A stretch of 64,000 bases of DNA, from assembly GCA_026936335.1 (NCBI GenBank), contig JAPMXV010000018.1, positions 124,001-188,000 on the forward strand, given 5' to 3'. This document shows, one piece after another, positions 45,994 to 58,454 of the stretch; position 1 is the first letter of the stretch; every line of letters starts with the position of its first letter. The stretch is from Mantamonas sphyraenae STR306 (lineage: Eukaryota > Protista > CRuMs). A program made the position numbers and the translations under genes. The notes beneath the pieces are model-generated. The model searched no databases, was not told where the DNA came from, and worked only from the letters and a program-made list of their open reading frames with translations.

Positions 45994-48900
45994 TCATCCC
46001 TCAAACTCCTCCTCCTCTTCGTCGTCGTCATCCTCCGCCATGCGCTTGGCGGTCTCGTCTACCTGTCGCTTGACCATCTTCAGCAGCGTCTCCTTGCCCT
46101 GCAGGTCTCGGTTCACGCTGCTGATCTTGCCGTTGATCTTGCTCACTTCGGACAGCAGGTTCTTGAACAGCGAGTTGTAGTCCACTTTCTTCTCCACCAC
46201 CTTGCCCTCGGCACGCTTGGCCTCCAGCGAGCGTGAACGTGCCACAGGGTACACCGTCGTGTCTGCCGGCAGCTGGTTGAAGCAGTTCCACACAAAGGTC
46301 TCGTTGCCGTCAAAGTCGTCCCTGTTGGTCAGGAACTTCTGGCGCAGCGAGCAGTAGAACGCAAAGTAGTCCCACATGTTGTGCTCGTGTTGGATGTGAT
46401 TCTCAAAGCCCACGCCGTCGCGGTCAAACACGGACGAGTCGATGCCGCAGATGAAGCAGTTGCTCTTCATGTCCGCCAGCACGTCGTCGCGCTCCTGACG
46501 CAGTTCAGAGAACGTGTCCACAATGATACCAAAGAGGATGTTCAGCAGAATGACCATGATGATAAAGAAGAACGACAGCTGGAACACAAATTCCGCCGCC
46601 GGTCCCGGTGTGTCCTGGCCACTGAAAGTCATGCGCTCACGCAGGAACTCGCCCTGCGACGGGAACTGACCCAGGATGGCAATCCAGCAGGTGAACACAG
46701 ACGTACACAGGATCTCGTCCGGGTTGGGGTTCTCCACGTCCTTGAAGAAGGTGCCCTTGAAGTACACAAAGGCAAAGATGGCGTAGAAGTAGATGAGCAC
46801 AAACATGAGCAGGAGCGTAAGCATGATGCTGCGCCAGTTCTTGGTCACCGATCGCAGCACATTCAGCAGGATGGACGACTGGATCACAAGATCCACCAGC
46901 GGAAATGCCAACCAGTACGGCGACACAAGGGCACCCAACAGACTGGCCACAATCAGACACAGCTTGTACAGCCACATCCACGAAAAGAAGGCTTGGAAGC
47001 GCCACAGCGCACGCTGTGCAGGCGACAACCCATCACGCGACACCGTGCGTCCGCTTCCTCCCGCCTGTTCCTTTTGCTGCTGCTCCTTCTGTTGCTGCTC
47101 CTTGCCCGACTGACGTCCATCCTTGCCTCCCTTGCGCTGCAGTACACCCTTCCTTCTTCGTCTTCGTCGCTCTGCTTGCGCCCCAACGAAAACAGCAGAT
47201 CAGCCTCCGCCGCCTCCGCCTCCGCCTCTGAACGTTCGCCCTCTGCTGCATCACGCACATACTGCCTAAACTTGGTTTCCATCAGGATGTTCGAGTCCAG
47301 CACGTTGAAGGCACCAAACAAGAATGCAAAGATGCCCACCATGACCCAGGCCAGGATCTGGCTGATTTCAGTGAGGATGGGTGCCTCATCCGGCAGCGAC
47401 GATGCCAACACAATCAGGATGTTGACCACCAGGGTGACCACGTTGGAGGTGGTGCGGAACACGCGCTGCACACGTGCGTCCGTGCACCACTTCTTCACCT
47501 TGTTCTCAAACACATTCTGGCGCACCAGCAGGGTCTCGTACAGATCTTCGGTCTCCTCGTGAAAGTCATCCAGACGATTCGTGGCTGTGCTGCGATCCAC
47601 ACTCCACTTGATGTGCTCCTTGTCCGCCTCTGTGAGCAGCTTGTGCATCGGGTGCTTCACAAACACCACCCGCTCCAGCCGCTCGTCACGCACAAACTCC
47701 ACGTGGCCCACGTGCGACTCAAACACATGGTTGTACTCCAGAAACAGGTCCAGGTTGCGCATGCGTTCCGGCAGCGTCTTGTCCCCACTCAGGTACGTCA
47801 CAAACACATAGTAACGCAATCCCTCCTCACGCATCTCCTTGGCCAGATCGTGGTCCTTCTTGTGGAACCGCTCGTACAGTGCCCCGTAGCAATCCAACCG
47901 CTCCCTGAACGGCGACATCATGTCCTTGCTGTTCATCAGTCGGATGTGCTCCCCGCCGTCGCCACCTTCCAACAGCGACAGAAGCAACACCGTGCATGCT
48001 GCAAACGCCTCCCTCTCCGGACGAGTGCCCTCAATCACACGCTTCAACTCTGCGTCGTCCGCCCCGCTCTCCACACGCTGCTCCAGCGTGCCCCGCAGCG
48101 ACATCAGCAGACGCAACACCTCCAATCCCAGCCCCTCCAGAATCACCTTCTGATTGCCCACACACGGTCCCTGCATGGTCTCTGCCAGGGTGTCCAGTGC
48201 CTGTGTCAACGGCGCATACATGCGTCCCAGCACAGCCGCCACCTTGCTTGCCGGCGAATCCGAACGCAACACCTGCAGTTGGTTGGGCTCGGGGATACGC
48301 GGTGGCACAAGGGCATCCAAGTACTGCACCAAATCATAGATCAGGTTGATGCTGCTGCTCTTTTGTGCACGCAACAGGTTCTGTGCCTCCAGATTGTGAC
48401 CCTCACACAGTTGCTTGATCACATCCACCGTCACGTTCAGCAGCGACGTGTGTGCCTCTTCGTTTTCACTGCTCATCAGGCTGCCATGCCACCACGGCGA
48501 CGCCTTGGCATCTTCCGTCGCATCCTTGATCGTGGTCTGCATCTCGGCCAGAAACTGAAAGTCCTTCTGGTTGGGCATCAACGAGCCCATGCCCAGGTTG
48601 ATGGCATCCAACACCGTGCGCTGCACATCGCTGTTGCCTGCATCCAGCAGATAGTACAGCGTACGCAGTGCCTCGTACACAATCACAGGGTTACGCGACG
48701 ACAACAGCGTCATTGTGCTTGCTGTGCCTCCCAGCCTGTCCAACAGCGATTGCTGCTTGTATACAGGCTCCGGTCCCTCGTCATCGTCGTCGTTGCCGCT
48801 GCCCTGGTCTCCTGCGCCACCACCGCCCTTTTTGCCATCGTCCTTCTTCTTGCCATCGCCTCCAGCACCACCCACGCCGACGCCGTCTCCCAGCTCGTCG

Positions 48901-51900
48901 TCGTCGCCTGTGCGAGTGGCTGTTTCGCGCAATTTGCCCAGACCCTGATCCAACGCCTGGAAGCCCTGGTCCAGGGCTGTGTTGTACACCACGGGGTCCT
49001 CCTTGTTGTAGAACACCAGCCGCTGCATGTTCTGCAACACAAACAGCAGAAACTCTGTGTCGGTGCTCTTCAGTGGCGTGCGCACCACCTTGGACAACAG
49101 TGGATCGGGCAACTTGGCAAGAATGTCTGTCATCTCTTCCTTCTCACGTGCCACCTGTGTGGCAAACCGCTTGCGAAGCTCAGCACGATACTCGTCCCAT
49201 CCCTGCTGCACCTCCTGTGCCTCACGCTGCAAGTCGCCTCCGGCGTCTCCTGTGCCCTCGCCCGCGTTGTTCTTCTTGTTCTTCTTCTTGTCCTTCTTGG
49301 CCTTGCGTGCCTCCTCCTCCGCTGCGGCTTCGGCATCCTGGAAGCGTGTCAGTGCTGCCATGAGTGCATCCCATGTGCCCTGAGGGAATCGAATCGCATC
49401 CTGGCAGCTCTTGAGCAAATCCAGCGTCTTGGAGAACATGGGCCGCAGCTCGTCGTAGTTCAGCTCCTCACTCAGCACCACCAGCGTCTCCACAATCGCC
49501 AACAAGTCTGGCTTCAGGTAGCGCACCAACAGAGCCACCCACCCAGGACGCTCCAGGTTGGGCACCTCTCTGGGCTGCCTTGCCACAGCCGCACCACCGC
49601 TTTCGTTGCCACTTGCCCCACCCACGCCTGCTCCCGCACCATTGTCACCACCACCGCCGCCTGTGGTGTCGTTGCTGTCGTCGTCGACGCCCTTGTCCAG
49701 CTCCTTCAGGCCCTGGTTGCTTTCGCCTTCGTCGAGGATGCTGATGGCTGCATCGTCGTCGTCGCCATCGCCTACCTTGGCAGCCTCGATGTTGACAAAC
49801 GACGAGACAAACGCTTCCAGAGCGGGCAGGACGAGGGTGCGCAGGGGACGGACGTGGGAGATGCGCGCACGGCTGCTCTGCACCAAGGACAGGTAGCCCA
49901 GGATGTACTTGGCCACACTGACGAGATGCACACGCTCGCGCGGATTGAGGGTGCCATAGTCGCAGTCCAGGTACACATGCAGCAGATACTCCCAGTACGC
50001 ACTCTTGATGTCCACGTGCAGGTTGCGATCCATCAGATTTTGCATCACCTGCGACAGCGTCAGGATGCTGCCACACACAAATTGGTTCTGTGCGTGACGA
50101 CGGTAGCACGTGGCCGCCAGCAAGCGCAGCAAATCCACGTGGTACTGCAGGATTTCGTTCTCCCGCAGGCCGCCGTTCTTCATCATCTCGTCGCGCTCCA
50201 ACCGTTCCGACTGTGTCTTGAACAGCTTCATCACCTGCATTTGGTTCGAGTGCAGAAACTGCAGCACCTGCGCCTGGTTGGACTTGACCGGTCGTCCGTT
50301 GACCACACACAGCGATTGCAACAGACGCACGTACCGTCCCTGCAGGCCGGCAGACAGCAACAACCCGCAAAAGAACTGCACCTGGGGCTCCTCCAGCGAG
50401 GAGACCAGGATGAAGTTGTCCTTGAGCAGCTCAAAGAAGACATCGCCACCTGCAACTTCAGACCCATCATGCTCTGCATGGTGCTGATGTACGGACGCAG
50501 CAAGTTCTTGTTCTCCACATTGTCGGTGATGTACAGCTTGAGGAACTTGTAGCAGCGACGGAATGCAGGCGTCAGCGGCGATCCACGCTCCGTCACCTTG
50601 TACGGCACGGCCAGGATCTTAAAGATGAGCTTCTCGATGTCAAAGCCACGCAGCAGATCCTGCGACTGCCGGTTGGGTTTGCCCTCCAGACGCAGGATGT
50701 CTGTGTTGACGGCATGCGGCAGGAGCGACTGGATGAGGCTGTTGAGGCCCGACAACACCTGGTCGCGGTTGGCCAGGATGCTACGTTCCGTGTCGGTGAT
50801 CAGTTCCAACTCGGCCACCATGTCCTGGTAGCGACGGTGCAACTCACGCACCCCCTTGCCATACAGGATCTGCACGTTGTCCAGCCGTGCCAGCGTGGTG
50901 GCAAAGATCTCTTGCCGCGACCCCAACAGCTTCAGTGCCAGCTGGATCAGCGAAAAGTTCTCGCCCTCCAGCAGGAAGCCAATCGTGTCGGCTGTGTTCT
51001 TCTTGGGCATCAACAGGTGGTGCACACTGTTCTTGCGCACAAAGTCCACGTTGATGTCTCGCAGACGCGGTGCCTGGATCTGTGGCTGGCTGGACAGATC
51101 CACCTTGGATCCCAGGTGTGCCAGGAACATGTTGTGCAATCGCCTGTCCAGGTAGATCTTGTCCACCGCCATGATGATGGCAATGATTTCTGCCTTGGCC
51201 GTTTCCATCTCCACACGCAGTCGTGTCTGTGTCTCCTTCACCGCCTCGGTCAGTGTCATTGCCTTGGGTGCACCCGGTTGTTGGGTACGTCGCGCTGCAG
51301 CAGCAGACGACGACGACGATGATGAGGACGACGACGACGAGGATACAATGGTCAACCCAGGCATGGAAGCGACGTCCTTCTCGTCGATTTCAGGCACCGA
51401 CCACATCATGATGCGTTCCAGATGCTGAAGGAGCTGAGGCAGACGGCTGTCGTCCAGGGGCATGCACTCGTTGCTGTCAAACAGGAGCAGAAGAGACTTG
51501 AGCAGACCGTTGACGATGCCATAGCGAGTGGGATTGGTGGGAGGCTGGTGCGATGCAATGGTGTCGATCATCTCCATGGCCCAACTGATGAACGACTGCA
51601 CGTTCTCGTCCACCATGTCACTGGAGCCCCCTTCGTCTTCTGCATCCGCACCCACGTCACCCACATCCCAGTACTTGGCCTCCTGCACCTTGAACGACTT
51701 GCGTCCCTCGTAGTCAATGTACACGTCGCGGATAAGGCGCAGCACACGGTTCTTGAGGGCATCTGGCGACTCGTTGCGATCGTGAGAAAGCACGTCCATG
51801 AGCACGGTCATCTGGTACCGCTCACGCACGAGCTTCTCACAATACCGCTGAGGTCCCATGGCCAGATCGGCAAGCATGGCCAGCAAGGCGAGGTGGTTGT

Positions 51901-54900
51901 CATACATGCGACTGAGCTCCAAATCGGCCGGTTCGGCGTCCCCGGTGTCGCGTCGCACACAGGCACGCACCACATCGCTCATCTTGTGCGCTGTGTTTTC
52001 AAAGACCAGCTCACACACGCGTGTGCTCTGTCCCTGTTCACCCGTCTTGACGTTGCCCGTGACGTGGAGGGAGAGCAGGTGGCGGTACGCCTTGCAGACG
52101 AGTTCGCACACGCGATGCTGCATCATGTTTGTCTCGGAACGCACACGTCGCTCCACGGCCAGCGAAGTGCCCGTGGGAAGGCGATAAAAGGCGGTGCACA
52201 TGACACCCAACATCTTGTAGATGTCCGCACGGAGGTAGGGACGCTTGGTGGCCTCCACCAGCCAGTGTTCAATTTCCACCTTGGGGGTGGTGCACAGGTG
52301 CACGTTGCTGCGGTACATGTTTGTCAACACGTCCATGATGCCCACGTCCGGTGCACATCGGCACACGTACTGGAACAACACGTGGTAGTACGCCATCGTC
52401 TCGTCTGCGTTGCGTTCGTTGTCGCGCACAAACACGTTCAGCGTGCTCACTGCCTCTCGCACCAACGCCACCAAACTGGTCTGTTCGCCACTCAGCTCAC
52501 TCTCGTTGGGTCGACTGATGCGCACCAGTTTGAAATCCACCGAATCGGCGTTGGCGGCCGCCTTGGCTGCCTTTTTGCTCTTGCGCGTGGCTGCCGCACG
52601 TCCCTTCTTGCCCTTCTTGCCCTTGCCACCCTTGGCATCGGCCTCCTTGGTATCCAGCACCACCTCGACCCCGGCGGGCAGGAAGGGAAGGGCACACTCC
52701 AGCAGACGCATGAGCGAGTTGAGCAGACCGCGGATCTGCATGATCGACTGCACCCTGTTGAGACGGTTGAGGACAGAGGCGTTGACATCGCCATCGGCAG
52801 ACACCAAAGGACCCGTTTTGTGGCTGTCATACATGGACAGATGGATGGCACGCAGCATGCCAATGAGAAGCTTGGCACGCTTGGCCAAGATGGCCATCTG
52901 TGCATCCTGCATGGTCTTGATGCGCCTGCTCAGATCCATGTACTCTTCGTTGTTTTCCATCTTGGCATGCTTGTCTGCCTTGGCTTTGATCAGTGCCTGC
53001 GCCTGCGTAGCCTCCTGGATCTTTTCCGTAAACACCGTCGAGTCCAACACCTGGTTCAACTCACGCACCTGCTCCACACCCCGGTAAAAGTCAATGACCA
53101 CCGATCGCGGCACCTTGAGAAACGTCCAGATTTCCTCCAGGCACTGGCCAGGCAGTGCATCCGTCACACGATGCGTCATGGGCTGCGGTGCACTCATCAT
53201 CAACGCCTGCGCCGCCGCATCGGCGCTGTCCTCCGCTCCACCTGAGGACGATGACGATGACGAACCTTCGTCCATCTCAATCACCTCCATCTTGGCCTTT
53301 CCCTTGGCCTTGGTGGCTGCGGCTGCGGCTGCGGCGGCGTTGTCCTCGTCCACCACACTGGATGCCACACCCATCATGTACGCAGCCTTTGAGTCTTTGG
53401 TGCGATCAAACGGGTTGAGGGTGCTTGCGTGGAGATGGTGGCGGGTGAGCTTGTGCTGCACGCGCACAATCTGCTTCATGCGCACGGCAAACCCGTTTCA
53501 ATCGTCGAATCCACAGGCACAAACGTCCACAGGGTCACATTGCTGCGTTCGGGTGCAAGGTACAGTCGCACTGCGCCACTGTTCTCGTCGTCTTCGGTGG
53601 CTGTGGCCGCTGCAGCACCTGATGACGATGCTTTCTTTCCCTTTGCGTCGCCACCCTTGCTGCTGCTGCTGCTTGATCCCTTGCCACCTTTGCCATTTCC
53701 GGCGGCTGCCTTGCCCTTGGCTGCACCTGCCTTTGCTTTGCCCTTGCCGGCGCCGCCTGCTTCCTTGGCTGCGTCCTTGCCCTTGGCTGCCTGAGCGGCG
53801 CCGTCGTCCTCCTCGCCCTCCTTCTTGACACCAAAGAGGGAACCAAAGAACTTGTCTGCGTCGGCCACACCGCTCTTGAGACCCGATCCAATGCCCTGGA
53901 GACCTTTGCCGAATTGGTTGTTGCTGAGGTCCAGGTTGAGGCTGCCCAGGTTGCCCAGGTTGCCCAGATTGCCCAAACCTCCCAGATTGCCCAACCCACC
54001 CAGGGCACCAAACAGGTTCTTGTCCCCGTCGCCACCCATGAGTTCGTCGTCGTTCATCACATCCGACACAGAGCGACCAGAGGCAATCAACGCAGCCTGG
54101 AGATCGTCGGGGTGGATGGCCAGGTACTTGCCCGACAGCACGTGACGCAGATGGAATGCATCCGACCACTTGATGACACCACCCGTCAAATCCTTACGTG
54201 CCTCAATCTCCCACAGATCCGCCACATTCTCTGTGCTCACGTGTCTCGCCGTGGAGGCCGAGGTGGAAAACATGCCTGCCCCTGCCCCTGCGCCACCCAC
54301 TCCGCCGCCGTCGTCCTCGTTCCCAGCTGCCTCGTGACGCAGGAAAGGCACGGCTGTGGTCACATTCTCGCTACGCTTGGCCTCTTGGTTGTAGGTGGAA
54401 AACACCAGGTCGTGCTCCCTGTGCGTGAGGCCAAACACGCCGCCCACCCGCAGAACGGTGGACAAGCACGCCGGGGTGAACCGATGGATGGAAAACAGCG
54501 ACGACTGATCCAGATGTCCACACACACACGATCGTCCAAACTTGTCCACAATGTATGTGCGTGTGTCCTTGCTCAACAACGGGTTGTCTTCTGCCGCTGC
54601 CACGTCCAGGATCAGCGCATTGTCAGCGCCGCCGCTGCCGCTGCTGCTGCTGCTGCTACTGCTGCCCTCGCCTCCCGAGGTTCCACTGCTGCTTTTGGTG
54701 TGTGCGTGTGTGTCATCGTCATCATCGTCGCCACCCATGCTGGGTGCCATCGTGTTGTACGGGTCGTCTTCCGGGAACTGAGCAAAGGGAGAGCGGTGTG
54801 TGTGAGTGAGGCTGCGTGTACAGAATGGCCCTTGCGCCTGAACCACACATGCCAATGCCTCCACGTCCCACCCATCTCCTGCCCATGCTTCGTTTCCACC

Positions 54901-56067
54901 CGTCCCTGTCCACGTACCTTGGCCAGCAATGCCGTGCGCAGGCCTGCGTGGCTCACAATCACGCTGTCGTCGACCTGGATTTGCTGTCCCTTTTCTGCAC
55001 GTTTGCCGTGGTTGGCGTCCACCACGCGTATGTAGGGGCATGTGTGAGCATCACCACAGTCCACCATCCAACCGCACATCTCCTGGTGCCATTGCCGTGG
55101 ACACCCTATGTCCCTGTGGCTCGCATTTCGCCTTGGCAAAACTCACCGCGTGCTTTCGAGCCCGGCAGCAGCTGCAAATTGGTGTCTTCGCTGGGCGAGT
55201 CAACCAGGAACACGCGCTGAGACTGCGTCCATCGCTCCTGCTCGCCTCGTTGCATGCACATGTACTTGCCCGTCAATGAATGCTGTGTGTGAATGTGTGT
55301 GTCCTCCTTGCGTCAGTCTGTGTTGTGCCTCAGGCGCCCTCGCATGTGCCGCCCTCGCTCCCCGCCGCCGTCCCGCGTCAAGGATACACCACCCGGGCCG
55401 CCGTACGGCATGATGGCGCCACACCCTGGCCATTTCACACGTACCCTCAGTTGCACCACCTGTCCAAAGGTCACCTTCGATCCAAAGAAGCGACCTCCCT
55501 CTTCGCCCGAGCTGTGCAGAGGCCCATAAAACAAACGTGCGCCAATCCGGTGTCAGTGCCTCCCTCGTCGTCGTCGTCGTCCCCCAACCCCCCCCCCGTT
55601 TGGGACGCTAAAAAGGTTGATGTCCATCCAACATACCCTGCATTCTCTGCGGCCCCTTCGCCCGTGCCATCCTCTGTGCTGTTCAGGGTGCCGTCTCCGC
55701 TGCTGCTGCTGTGTTCGCTCTTGGAGTGGCCCTGGTACTTTTCCGTGATCACCCACAAGTTGGCCTTGAACCCAGACACGGGCTCCACAAACATCCCGTC
55801 GTCCTGGTTTTCAATGCACACAATCTCTCCTGCACGTGTGGACATCCGTGTCACACCCACAACGCGTGTGTGTCAGCGTTGCGGCGTCCCTCCTCGTGTC
55901 GCAAGGCTGCACCGCTACACCCACCGCCCCCGCCACTCACCATCGGCACAATTCAGGAACCGTGAATTTTCCGTTACGCCGTTGCGCACAATCGACAGAT
56001 ACACCTCGTCGCCGATGCTCACAAACGGAGTCTCGGCCACTACGCCGCTGTCTTCAAGCGACTGCAT
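45994..56067 (-). CDS. ITPR: Inositol 1,4,5-trisphosphate receptor-type Ca2+ release channel; introns 55940-55830, 55636-55512, 55444-55283, 55146-54995, 54917-54778; three -1 frame breaks (~53498, ~50445, ~47150)
   Basis: SIGDEVYL, FGQVVQLRH and FHLRHVLSGKYL MIR motifs; RIH regions; KQLCEGHN...QN.LR, ETMQGPCVGNQ; LNILFGIIVDTFSELR, CFICGI...HIQHEHNMWDY. Confidence 0.88.
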
Positions 56068-56129
56068 CGTGTCTGCGGAAAAAGTGCTGGACGGCCCGGC
56101 GCAAGGTCTTTTCCCAGGCAAGGCATTGG

Positions 56130-58362
56130 TTACAGTTTAATCACCTTGAGGGGACTCCCATCTTCACTCTCATCTTCCTTGCAGTACATGCGACGGTGTT
56201 GGATGTTGCCATGCAGATCGACGATGCTAAAGGCAACGCGCAGCCATCCCTCACGGCCTTGCACGCCCTCCAAGGGCACAGGGTCGTCCACCAGATGCAC
56301 ACCGCCAGCCACCATGTGTGCAAATGCCCCTTGGATGGTGTCACTGTCCAGTTCGCTGTTGAGGGCTGCCTTGAGAAACGGGGCGGTGCAATCCGGATGC
56401 ACCACATCCGACAGAGCCTCCACGTCGCCCTGCTGCATGGCGTCCAACAACACCAGCGCAGGGTTGCTTGCACCCAAGGTTTCCTCCAACTCACTGTCCC
56501 CAGCTGCGTCCAGGCCATCGCCACTTGTGACGGATTGGGAACCAGCGTCGCCGTTGTCACCACCATCCATGTCATCATCGTCGTCCAACGAGTACCGTGT
56601 CTTTCCATCCCCATCGCCCTCCTTGGTCACCTTGACCAGTTGCACAGAGCGTCTGTACACCGACCGAGGACGTGCCTTGCCCAGAGCGTGGGCTTGTGCC
56701 AAGCGCAGCTGCTCCTCCAGTCCACTCAGGTCCTGGTAGTTGTCCTCAAACTCGTCATCGACAGATTGCTGTGTGTTTCAATGATGGCTGCTCCTCCTTG
56801 TCCATCGTCGCCACTGCCACTGCTGCTGGATGACACCAACAGGTCGCTGGTGCTCTCACCCCTCTCGTACTTTTCTTTGGTCAGCGACTGTGCTCGCCGG
56901 ATCATACTCATGCTCTGCTCCTCCATGTCATCGTCCACATCGCCCCCTTCTCCACCACCTCCTCCACTTCCGTTGTTGTTGCCGACGCCGCCACTGCTGC
57001 TGCTGCTGCTGCTGCCTCCTGCTCCTTGTCCGTCATCGCCTGTGTAGCGCTTGCCCGCCTCGAGCTCGCGCAGGAAGTAGTCGTGCTCATCGATAAAGTC
57101 GGCAGGGTCCTGGTTGGGCTTGATCTGTACAAACTGCAGCTCAATGGCAAAGTCCTGTGGATACTTCTTGCCATCTTTGTCCTTGTGGGGTCCATCGATG
57201 TCTGTGCGCGTCAACACCAGCCGCAACTCGTCCTGTACAAAGGCGGTGTGAAACGCAGCTCTCAGCATAAACGTGTCCTTGGCATTCTTGGTGAACTTGC
57301 CCGCCGACCGATGGTACATCTTCAGGTAGATGTCACCCAGCATGGTGATGTTGGGTTTGAACACCATCTCCTGGTGCTGATTGCGCGTGTACTCGCTGCG
57401 AATGGGAATGAAATGACGGGCGGGGGGGGGGGGGTGAGACTTGGGTCAGGAGTGACACAAGCACTGAGAGAAGGGGGGGAAGGTTACACAGGATCAGACA
57501 CACACACACACACACACACAGGGGCACACGTACACTACTTTGTTGGAGCCTCCACTGCTGTCGTAGAGGAGGGAGGTGAAGTGTTTGATGAGCTGAACGA
57601 CGGGGCGGCAACCACCACTGTCGATGCTGGGCACACCACGCACTCGGATTTCCTTAAGTACCAATGGGGCGTGGTTGGCCAAATCCACCTGCTGCTTCAT
57701 GGCCATCTCAAAGTATCGCACATAGCTGGAGGACGGGAGGCAGGAGGGGAGCAGCGTGAGATTTTCCAGGGGCGGGGGGGAACTCTGTTGTGTCAGCCAC
57801 TTGCCACACACGCACACACACACACACATGGATTTTTTTACCGTTGTTGAGAGGGGATGGTAACCCCCTTTCCGTCGTAGGTGCGTTTGCTGCCAAAGGA
57901 GTCGAGGGCGTCCTGGGTGTCGCTGGCAAGGTGTGCGTAGAGGAGGTAGGAGGCAACGGCAGTGCCTGTACGACCCTTGCCTGCCTTGCAATGGACCACA
58001 ATGACGTTCTTTGGGTCGGAAGTGACCCATGCGTGCATGCACTCGCAGATTTTAAAGAGCAGACCCAGCGTGGGTGCATGGTGGTCGGGCCAGGAGTACT
58101 CCAGAATCTGAAAGTCAAACTTTTCGTACGCATACTGGCGTTCACTGGTGTTGATGATGAGGTACTGGCCTCCATGTCGTTCGGCCAGGAATTCGGCAAC
58201 CTGGTCGATGGGATTGCGGTAGGTTCCTTCAATGCCCTCGGAGGGAAGGCCCATGGCAATGACGTTGTCGGTGATGTACGTCAGGTCCAGGTCGTACTTG
58301 CCGTCCTGGTACCGCACCTTTTTCAGAGACACCATGCCACGCACGACGTTGAACAGGGACAT
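56130..58362 (-). CDS. PTEN: PTEN-family phosphatase + C2 domain with long C-terminal extension; exons 58362-57842, 57725-57534, 57395-56130, with one -1 frame break at ~56778
   Basis: VS.KKVRYQDGKYDLDLTYIT..VIAMG.P, WPDHHAP, HCKAGKGRTG, GVTIPSQ.RYV.YF; C2 with GDIYLKMYH and FHTAFV. Confidence 0.9.
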
Positions 58363-58454
58363 GGCTGGAGCCACACGTGCACACACAGAGAGAGACGGGG
58401 GGGGGTGGGTGGGTGGGTTTGGTGGCGCCGGTGCAGGCAGCGAGAAAGAGAGGG

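Noticed and set aside
47137-50463. Ultra-short 'introns' repairing the frame breaks (11-nt GT-AG 47147-47137, 14-nt GT-AG 50463-50450, 8-nt AT-AC ATTGAAAC)
   Set aside because: Shorter than known spliceosomal introns (~15 nt minimum), easily arising by chance, and the 14-nt removal would delete residues that align with IP3R. cDNA would settle it.
55471-55636. Apparent additional -1 frameshift in IP3R near 55530
   Set aside because: Fully explained by a canonical intron GTATGT(55636)...ACTGAC...CAG(55512).
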